Shown piece after piece: positions 55,144 through 64,000 of a stretch of DNA of 64,000 nucleotides. The position numbers and the translations under genes were made by a program. This DNA comes from Schizochytrium sp. TIO01. Lineage: Eukaryota > Protista > Bigyra: Labyrinthulomycetes. The notes below the pieces were generated by a model that had not been told where the DNA came from, searched no databases, and was given only the letters and a program-made list of their open reading frames with translations. How positions within the stretch are numbered: position 1 is the first letter of the stretch; each line of letters opens with the position of its first letter. The DNA lies in NCBI GenBank assembly GCA_004764695.1, contig SMSO01000035.1, positions 1,922,001 to 1,986,000 of the forward strand. Reading direction: 5' to 3'.

Positions 55144-56576
55144 CTATGCAAATTTCACAGCAACCTCATCGTTTTCATTCGGGTTGGGACTCAGGTCTCC
55201 AACCTCGGTGGGTCCATTCTTGGCGTTAACCTCTGCTTGTTTCGACGAAGATGACGATGTGCGACGTCGGTAGCCATGCTGGCCAGGCTGAGGTTCGGCT
55301 GGAACTGAAGATGAAACACCAACTTCTACTGTTGAAGATGATGATGTTTTAGAAGGTGAGGTGGAAGACGCGACCCCAGAGTATAAAGCTGTTGTGGTAG
55401 CTGATGCTGAAGACTTATGAAGAGGCGGGAATGATGATTGTGCGGAAACGCCCCCTGGTCCACCATTCACCTGGCCGAGACGAGATTGAGCAGCCTCTCT
55501 CAGAAGGTCTCGTGAGGGCTTAATTGCAGCAAGGGTGATGGAAGCACCCCGCACAGGGCGAGTGCCAGAAGGTAGCTGCATGGAGGTTGAACTACTAGCA
55601 GCTGAAACTGTTGCGCGCGGAGAAGAACCAAACAAAGGCAGAACAAAGCCCCCAAGCCCCGTAAAACCACCGCCACTCACAACTAATTTCTTGAAGAGTA
55701 GACCCACAACCAGTGCACAGAGGAGATCCAACGGCACAGATCCAGAAATTATTGTTGAAAGAGCGATCAAGGCATATGGAGCGTATTGTGGAGCAATGCG
55801 TGCAGGCACAAATGCAATAGATACTGGTCCTTGTGGGGGTTGAATAACTAGAAGCGAAACGATGGTGGGGAAAAAACCCTGGCAACCGAGCTTCATCATG
55901 TAAGAAGCTCCAATGAGTTGAGAGATGGTTACGATAAATGCGCAAAAGACCAGATTGATGGAAATGGAGACTTGAAGAAAAATTGTAAACACCTTTGAGG
56001 AGCCTAGCTCCTGCTCGAGGCGGGACCCAACTTTGTTAAGCCAATAGAGAACCATAATTAAAGCAAATAAATGCGACTCGAAGAGCTGGCTGATTACGAG
56101 TCGATAGACCTCAAAATTTTCAAATACGAACAGTCTGTGCATTTACGTATCGGTCAGTGATATATCCTTTTAGTCAGCATGTTTCTCATCTTGTCTTCAA
56201 TACAAGTAGTGTGCCTATCAATTCTGACAATTGATTTTTTTTTTTAATACCCATCGGAATTGATGATTCATGAAACGTACGGTACAGTAGCTACGGTGTG
56301 GCTTCCCACAACGATCCCAAGAAAGAAGCATACGATGGTGAGTACACTGAGAGACCGGGTAACAATTGGGGTTTGCTCCAGCCAGTGGTCCTGTGATTTG
56401 ATTGAAAATAATCATAAGTTCATGAAATCCAAGTGAGTCAAGATGTCAACATGTCACACACATTTTTCTATATTTTGTTCCTCTCTACCGAACCCTCTCT
56501 GTCAACGTACAAGTGCTTCGCGCAGATCTACAGTGCCGTCATTGTTGCTTGGAGGTGTCGCCGGACGACCTTGCAT
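55144..56576 (-). CDS. Rhomboid-like superfamily membrane protein, probably an inactive pseudoprotease; 3 exons
   Basis: Minus-strand exons 56576-56511, 56390-56281 and 56134-55144, with GTACGT donors and CAG acceptors in consistent phase (388 aa). Spliced sequence MQGRP..DHWLEQTPIVTR..VPLFVFENFEVYRL..GSRLEQELGS, several TMs, and a Ser-rich tail. Confidence 0.78.
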
Positions 56577-57491
56577 TTTGGCTCTCCCGTTTGAACTTTT
56601 GTACTTGTTAACTCGTTAACAACCAGTCTGTGTATGCCCACGTACATGCAGACTCTGCACGCTCCGGATAGCAGGATATATAACTGTGAATGGATATAGA
56701 ATGTGAACTTCAACCTCTATAGCCAAACAATGCGCAAAGGTAGAGAAATTGCACGTTCAACGCGGATCCTTGCCTGGTCCAGCTTGTCCTTTCCAAGGCA
56801 ACTGACAACAATGGTTGAGGATTCAATTCCAACACCCAACGTTAATTGAAGACTTTTGCAAATAGGAAAATACCATGAACCAAGAGCGGAAAATATCGCT
56901 GGAAACTGTGTTGCAAAAGGGCAGTTGCTTCTTTCGTCACAGAAGCACTAAAGCGAAAGAGTTAGCTGACTTAGGTCAAGCCAGCACAAGAATGTTTGCC
57001 AAAGTAGGCGCTTGAATAAGAGTTATGCTACGTCGTATGAACAATCTCGCTCAGCTTTGGCTGTGAAGGTTGAATATAGTGAGCCGGGATAGATTGACAG
57101 TAACGGAGTCGACCGCGGAGAAGACGACAGCGGCGCTGATCTCAAGAATAATAACTTCAAGGCAGCAGCGCCCAACAAATGCTAGGTCCAGCAGGAAGCC
57201 CGTTGGCCCGCTGAGACCAAGTTTCCGTAAGGCCAAGGTGCAATGTGTCTGGCCAATCGCAACTGCCGCGAGCTGAGGCGACACGGAGGAGATATTTAAA
57301 AAAAATGATGGATGATGGCGAATTGAGAGAAAAACAACATTGTATTTTCCAACAATTAAAATTCGTTTTAATTGGTTATTTGTTTTTGTTTCTTCATGCG
57401 TTTGTTAACTAACTTGAATACCATAATAAAATGAAAGAAATCCCCAAAGAAGTTTTATTTTAAGGGCTCAACTTGAGAAATTGAAAGAATT

Positions 57492-57524
57492 TACATACAT
57501 ACATACATATACATACATACATAC
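57492..57524. repeat. (TACA)n microsatellite
   Basis: About 8 units with one interruption. Confidence 0.85.
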
Positions 57525-58758
57525 CGGCACATGGTATGCTATTTATTTATTATTTATTTGCTTACTTATTTATTCATTCATTTATTACAGGCACTTATCA
57601 GGTAGTACCGCGTATCAGCAATGAAATTAAGCCATGGCTTGTCTAGAGGTGCTCGACATCGACAGCATCGTCTTACACCACCGTCTTAAGAATCCTCCTG
57701 CTTTGACGATTTATAGACCCAAACTGAGCCCGAACTAATTCGCTCGCGGCTCCATCGATGTGGGTCGCAGCTCGCGTCAATTCCAATTTGCTATATCCAA
57801 GACTCGATGTTCCGGGTCAGTTTTGTTGATGATGCTGCTGCTGCCGTTCATTATGAAGGTGATGACGATAAGGCTGACGATGATTGATTGATTGATTGAT
57901 TATGAGATGAATTGTGCTGCAATCAAATCATGGGAGGAAACAACAAACGGGGTGGACATCATGATGAAGCGAGAGAAAAGGACACGGAAGATCATCGTAT
58001 TGAACCATTGATTGTTTCGTCGGTTTCGTTGAGCGAGCGAAGAATTAATTAATTAATTAATCAATGAATTGATTACCTCAATCGATCTGTGGGCTGTGCT
58101 CTAAAAGGCAGAGAAAAGGCAATGTGATGGGATCAAAGACTTGCAGAAGAGGAGAAGCCGAGCCGTTTTGGACAGACTACATTGTGAGAATGAAGCGCTG
58201 TCGTAGAAGGAGCGAGGGCAAATGCAGGAGGTGCAGGGCTCAGCAAACTTGAAGCAGTAAGCTCTGATTATATATCATTCACTGTGGCCAGCCATGAGTC
58301 GGTGAGGCCAAAGCTTTAGGTTTGTTTGTCTTGTCGGATATGTTGCATAGGTTGGTACCTACCTACACCTTTCCTCCGTGGCATGTTTGATGCTGCAATT
58401 AAAGTCTCCCGACGGCAAGTAGATGCGTGTCACCAGGTGGTGCTGAAGAGGGACTCTTCGTAGTAGGTGTCATCTTCTAAATTGATTCCGATTCTGATAG
58501 TTGCAGAGGTAATCTGATAAGTCAGATGGATAGATAGATAGATAGATAGATAGTATATTGCTTAAGCAGGGAAGTAAGGGTCCAAGGTAGGATGGTGCTT
58601 GGTTCTTGAGACGAGTGACTGAACGGTTCGGGTCAGAACCGTCGTCGTTGAGGTGCACGCGACTCAGTTGAAAGAAACCTCTTCCATTCTCATACAACCT
58701 CTGTCGCATACAAGATAGCTAGCTACCTACCTACCTAGGTGGTAAGTAAGTAGCCACG

Positions 58759-60294
58759 TTGCTTACATCCATAGGCATACATACAACCTATTTATCGAGA
58801 TACCAGCCAAAGCACTACGCAGTTCTGGACGAGAATTACTTTCGGCCCAAGGCCTTCCCTTCAAGCTTGCTTGCTGTCTTCGAAATCAATCAACATCACA
58901 ATGGTCCTGACTTGGTGCAGCCCAGTCGAGATTTGCATTTTCGCGATGGTGTCCACAAGCAGTAGCTCGGGGCACGCCTTCAGAAAGGGATCTCCATCCA
59001 GGGCTGGCCCGAGAAGTTATGCAAAACGCAAGTGCTGACGATGAAGCTGCGCGAGATGCCCAAATCCAAGAACTGCGACTACCACGGTGCCTCTTCACGC
59101 GCTTATTCACGCGCTTCCAGCACTAGCCTCTGCATAGAAAGCAGTAGGTACTTAGGAAGGCACCTAAGTAGGCGGTAGAAGGTGCAGCAGCACGTACATG
59201 ATCATGGTCGCCTCCCTCGCTGCGGAGATCTTGGCCGGAATATCGATTGCGTAAAGACATATGTCGTTGTGCTGTGGCGCATTCAGAGCGCTAGTTCACA
59301 GAGAAACTTGACCAATTCGAGGCGATCTCTCAATGTCCTGGGCTTACTCCAGCTAGAGTGCGAGAAAGTTGGTATCCAGCAACGCTAACTGTGCAAGATG
59401 AACTAAGTCTTACCAGGAAGGTGAGGTGAGAGATGCGAATGAACATCGTGATATTAAGGGTTGGCAGAACGCGGGCATGGTACGCTGCACGTCGAGCGTC
59501 TTCAGGTGCGAAGCAAGTCGAAGCTGGCACGCAAGTTAAGAGATGAACGAGTGATTCCGAGTGAGGGTGGAGAGCTCGTCGATATCTTGACTGTCATGAA
59601 GCCACCTCCAAATGAGCCTGCGAGCAAAGGTCGATTTCCCTCGTTGGCGAAGAAACCTTCAACTCCGCAGCACTCAGTGCGACGATTGGACAGTGGCAGC
59701 GGGAGCAGTTATGGCAGCGTTAATTGTAACCTCAAGTAGGTAGCTAGGCAAGCGCTACAGAGCGAAATGGAACGAACTTTCGAGCTACCATTTGCCGCGT
59801 TCGACGTTCTCTCGCGCCATTGGCATAATAGCTGGCACGAGCCAGGAAAAACCACCTCTCCGCAGCAAAAGATTGCTTGCAGCAGCAGAGTGACTCTGCC
59901 TTGCCATGCTTCCTTGAAGTCGCGGTCCCAAGCTTCTGCGCTGGTTTGCCTGCTCTTGTTTGAGTTAAACGACGACGGCGAAGGAACAAGCACTTCGAGG
60001 GCCTGATGAAAATGTAAACTGTGCGAGGTAATAGTCGTCGCTGGAGATGCCAGTCACGGTCCTTGGGCTCTTTTGGAGAGCTTTGCACATCACTCAAACG
60101 TATCGCCCGGGGAAGTTAAGGATGCACTCAATGCAATGAATGAGGAATCGTTGACAGACACCATCGTCAGAAACTATGCAGATGTCTGCCTGCAGAGCGT
60201 CAACTTTGAGTTGGAGAGAAGAGATCCCTCCGTCAATCTAAAGAGTGCACACCCTTCGTTCACTGCAAGTAACCTGAAAACTGTAGTAGATTAG
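58759..60294 (+). pseudogene. Probable decayed coding sequence of unknown family
   Basis: Five ORF-track fragments (58759, 59182, 59461, 59767, 60073) lie in one + strand frame, separated by single stops or a short stop cluster. Composition is coding-like. No homolog recognised. Confidence 0.3.
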
Positions 60295-60923
60295 AAGTGA
60301 GACTTGGAGTCGTGCAAGGCTCGAAGTTCTTGTTTGGAGAATGACCCCACGCTAACGCGATCGTCCCTGAGCGGCGCGAGCCTGTATGTGCTACCGCTGC
60401 TACCTGGCTGGGCACCACTGGTGCTTACACAACCAGCTAAGTTTCGCAGGTCGCCTTGATTGATTTACACACACGCTCGCTGTTAAACAGGGAAAAGTTT
60501 AAGACATACATACATACATACAAAGAAAGACTTTGACATAAACAGAAACAAACAAGAACAAGCAAACAAACAACACGAAAACACTGCGCAGCCCAAGATC
60601 GCATCTGAGCGAGGGCTCAGCCACCCTCCATAACCCAAACACCTGCCAGGCCGAGTTCTGTCGCAGGAACTCCTCTCCAAGTCCGCCCCGCGACCCTTTC
60701 TCCGCCTACCAAGATCGGGGTCTCGCTCGTCTCCTGCGTCGCCTTCGGGTCCGGGCGAGCGAGCAAACTTGGCAAACAAACAAACAAACCCATTCACAAA
60801 CAAGCAATCGCAAGCGCCGGTTCTTCGAAGGTTCCCCCTGGGTTCCTAGCAGGCTCCTGAAAGGTTCCCCTTGGGTTCTGGCCTCTGTTTCGTTTGAAGA
60901 ACTTGATTCCCTGCTAATTGCTA

Positions 60924-60925
<2 letters not shown>

Positions 60926-60956
<31 letters not shown>
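60926..60956. repeat. (TCTT)n microsatellite
   Basis: About 7 tctt units upstream of the inhibitor-2 gene. Confidence 0.9.
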
Positions 60957-61174
60957 CTGTGAATATCTCTCTCACCACGACCTCTCCGGCGTCCTCGCGG
61001 TCTGCGCCGCCGACCAGACCCGTGTCTGGGCGAGCGGCGCGACTCCGAGAGCGAACTCTTCGAGGCGTGAGAGGCCTGTTTTCGTCGCGCGCGGGGGAAA
61101 AGTCGAGGCACCAGAAGAGCTCGCAGCAGGCACCGCAGGGTCTCGCGGCAGGGCCTCTGCTCAAGAGCGACGCG

Positions 61175-61675
61175 ATGAGCGACCTGAAGAAGGATTCGAA
61201 ACGCCAGAGTGCTCAGGGCGCGAGGGCAAGCGTGGACGACCTTGGAGATGAGGATGATGGACGCCACGTGCGATGGGACGAAGAGACAATCGCGGAACAT
61301 GATAAATTGAGAGGCACGCGCCAGAAGATCGATGAGCCAGATACACCCTTTCACAGAGACAGTTTCATTGAGGACTCCGAGGAGGGCGAACTTGAGGATG
61401 GGTATGATGATGATGTGAAAGTTGTATTTGCAGATGGGGTGGGAGGCTCTAGGAGGGCGTCCAAACCGAAAAAGGCTCCTAAGGTTGCCCTGGACGCTGA
61501 TGAACTTTCCTCAATGCTGGGCAAGGCAGCAGAGGAAGAGGAAGTGCCGACAGCTGCCAAGAAGGCGGCACATGATGACTTTGTGGCAAAGCGTAAGCAG
61601 CATTACAATGAGTTCGAGGCTCTGCGGAAATGGAGGGAATCGCACACGGACGATGAGGAAGAAGACGATGAGTAA
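61175..61675 (+). CDS. PPP1R2: Protein phosphatase 1 inhibitor-2 (IPP-2 family)
   Basis: First ATG is 61175 (166 aa). RVxF-like HVRWDE, KIDEPDTPF (PxTP site), FVAKRKQHYNEF and an acidic tail. Confidence 0.9.
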   Translation: MSDLKKDSKRQSAQGARASVDDLGDEDDGRHVRWDEETIAEHDKLRGTRQKIDEPDTPFHRDSFIEDSEEGELEDGYDDDVKVVFADGVGGSRRASKPKKAPKVALDADELSSMLGKAAEEEEVPTAAKKAAHDDFVAKRKQHYNEFEALRKWRESHTDDEEEDDE

Positions 61676-62884
61676 AACGAACTGCGCGTGCTAGGATCTC
61701 AAGAGGCATGAAGAAATGCGCAGAGAAGAAAGCGAGTGAATGCCAATGTGCACTCAAAGGTGCTGGCGAACGGAACCGCCTGACGTTGCAAGCACGATTT
61801 AGATTTCCTAAATGAGCTTGTTGGATCGCGATTCCAGAGTGTTGGCTACATTGAATCACCAGCTTTCTTTCTGCGTACTCATCGGTGTATTGAGACTTCT
61901 TCTCCTGCTGCTCCCGTACACAGTAGTAATGCTGGTGCGATATATCTGTCGTGTTCAATGTTGTGGCCATGCCACCCTTAGTAGAGACCACTTCCCCAAA
62001 AGGACAACAGTAACAACAAGAATAAAAAACCCAATCCGCCATGACGTGTATTCAAGAACTTCCCACATGGGTCCTTCAGCGTAAAAGAAGGCAGAAGGGT
62101 ACTTGCAAAAGCAAGATAGCCAAAACACATAATATGATACCAGTACTTCACAGAAACTAAAAATAAATGAACTTTGTTTGATCTTTTCGATACTATAGCA
62201 TTTCCACCTTCTTCTTTCCTAGGAAAGAGTTGCGATCTGATGGTGAGATCACTGATCTCACCATGCCTAGAATTCTCAAAGACATTGTGTCTGTAAATTC
62301 AGCCTTTTGTGAGCTCTCGATAGGTAGATGGGAAAACGCTTCTTGTGGTTTTTGATGTTTGTTTTGTTTTGTTTAGTCTAAATTAAATTCTTCTTTTGAA
62401 CAAGAAGTCAAGCCTCTTCCAGAAGACTTGGTAATGCTGGGTTTCAACATTGGCAAGTTGCTGTCCATGGAAATTGACTGAGTTGTACTGTAAAAAAATT
62501 ATAATAGTAGGAACGTAACAGGTACTAAAGCTCTGAACCAGACACTTTGTACTGTGCAATACCCTCTATAATTTTTTAAGAATTCCATTTTTTTTTTTAA
62601 GTACTTGTTTTCTAACGAGAATGCTGAGAGCATTTTGTTGATGACCTACATATTCTGGGTATTTTGAAACCATAAAGGAATTGCATCGTTGTTTAAAACA
62701 GATAAAATGGCGCTATACTTTTGATAGAACACGGTGAGTACGTCAAAATTGTATGAAATGCGTTTTTAAATTGTTCATTTCTTGGATGAGAAATATTGGC
62801 ATCTAACGATTCGTAGTACTTGAATAGAAACTCATTTTTAAAACAAAGGTAAGAACCATACAAAACAAGAACATTGTTTAAATC

Positions 62885-64000
62885 TCATTTCTTCTTCTTT
62901 TTGGCACCAGCTTTGCCTTTACCCTTGCCCTTGCCTTTGCCCTTCTTTTTCTTCTTGAGTTTCTTTCGGCATTGATTACCTCGAAAAAGAGCCTGGATAC
63001 GAGCTGCTGCATCATGGTCACGTTTTTTCAAAGCCTCGATTGCAGCAAGCTCCTCCGCAATAATACGATCTTCCTCTGCCTCATTTGCTAAATCTCGATC
63101 AACCTTGCGAAAGTGTTCTTCTAATATAGCAAGCCTTGCAGCTTCGTCGACATATCGTTCTTTCATTAGATCGTATTGTGCACGTTTTTCGAGCATTGCT
63201 ATATCGAAAGAATCAATCAATGTATTCACCTCAGTTGTGGCTCGAATCAGCTTCTTGCGCAAATTATCCTCCAAATCTGTATGTCCATTACACTCTTGTA
63301 AAAATGCATCACTAGCTTTATCAAAGGACTCCAGGGCAATTTTGTTTCGCTGCAAGAAATTTTCTTGAATTGACTGTTTCTCTTCAGTTTGGAAGGTTCC
63401 GATCTCTCCCATCTCCCGGTCATAACTACTGCGCACTTCTTGAATAGCGTGCCAAAGTTTTGTTTCTGCTTGCTTCTTGGAGATTAATTCCTTCTCGCGA
63501 ACCGCTTCCGCTTCGAGATCAGTTTTAATCATGACAAGATCTTCTTCCATCTCTCGAATACGAACATTGAGTTCTTGGAAAAAATCGGCGCGTGCTTGTT
63601 TTTGCTCCACAGTTGTTGACAACTGATCAAGCATATTTTCACGAAAGGCCCGCAACGTTCGTCGCAACAAAGTGAGCGAGTATTCCTTACGAATGGCACC
63701 AACATTGCCGCCTCGGCTGGGTGCTCGCTCAAAGTTATATGGTTGCTTTTCTTCAGAATATTTTGCCTCGTTATTTCTTTCGTCTGTCGAACTTCGAAAG
63801 CTGCCAAAACTTTTCCTCCTACTGCTTGTATCACTGCCGTCAAAGCTATCGCTATTGTTTTGAGGAAAATGATCAAAACTCTCGTGGCTCTCGTGTCGTT
63901 TTGATTCTGATTCTTTATGTTCTAAACCTTCCCGATCCTCTTCGTCGTCATCATCTACATTGTCTACAAGACCAGCGCGCTCTAAAGATTTTAGTACACC
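62885..64000 (-). CDS. IQCD: Dynein regulatory complex subunit 10 (IQ domain-containing protein D); 5' end lies outside the window
   Basis: The frame is open from 64000 to the stop at 62885. It contains LSTTVE, a long coiled coil (EDNLRKK..FDIAMLEK), the IQ motif AAARIQALFRG..CR and a K/G-rich tail KKKKKGKGKGK typical of DRC10. Confidence 0.8.
   Translation of the reverse strand, partial: GVLKSLERAGLVDNVDDDDEEDREGLEHKESESKRHESHESFDHFPQNNSDSFDGSDTSSRRKSFGSFRSSTDERNNEAKYSEEKQPYNFERAPSRGGNVGAIRKEYSLTLLRRTLRAFRENMLDQLSTTVEQKQARADFFQELNVRIREMEEDLVMIKTDLEAEAVREKELISKKQAETKLWHAIQEVRSSYDREMGEIGTFQTEEKQSIQENFLQRNKIALESFDKASDAFLQECNGHTDLEDNLRKKLIRATTEVNTLIDSFDIAMLEKRAQYDLMKERYVDEAARLAILEEHFRKVDRDLANEAEEDRIIAEELAAIEALKKRDHDAAARIQALFRGNQCRKKLKKKKKGKGKGKGKGKAGAKKKKK

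Overview
Eukaryotic nuclear DNA: intron-poor, moderate GC, rich in microsatellites, and carrying a flagellar DRC10 gene. It is most consistent with a flagellated protist such as a thraustochytrid/labyrinthulomycete stramenopile; the taxon is inferred, not proven. The ORF track accepts GTG/TTG starts and ignores splicing, so I re-placed starts at ATG and rebuilt three spliced genes by hand (BLOC1S2, one PAK, a rhomboid-like gene). About 18 protein-coding genes are supported: an SDR(YeeZ-like)-CbiX/SirB fusion, a cyclic-nucleotide-regulated PKG-like kinase, a metallo-beta-lactamase/cNMP phosphodiesterase (Dictyostelium PdeD/PdeE type), BLOC1S2, a DUF3712-like membrane protein, two inverted PAK paralogs with tandem CRIB motifs, DDRGK1, a JTB-like protein, an SLC19 transporter, a kinetoplastid-type ApbE-FRD-b5R NADH:fumarate reductase, a sulfotransferase, an S49 peptidase, a DHHC palmitoyltransferase, a rhomboid pseudoprotease, PP1 inhibitor-2 and DRC10/IQCD (truncated by the window edge). 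The most interesting items are: (1) the self-flavinylating trypanosomatid-type fumarate reductase with a variant flavinylation motif and no PTS1; (2) a tail-to-tail kinase plus phosphodiesterase pair, both with N-myristoylation signals; (3) the SDR-chelatase fusion; (4) the inverted double-CRIB PAK pair. I recognised no tRNA, rRNA, CRISPR or intact mobile element. All family calls come from motif recognition, not database searches.
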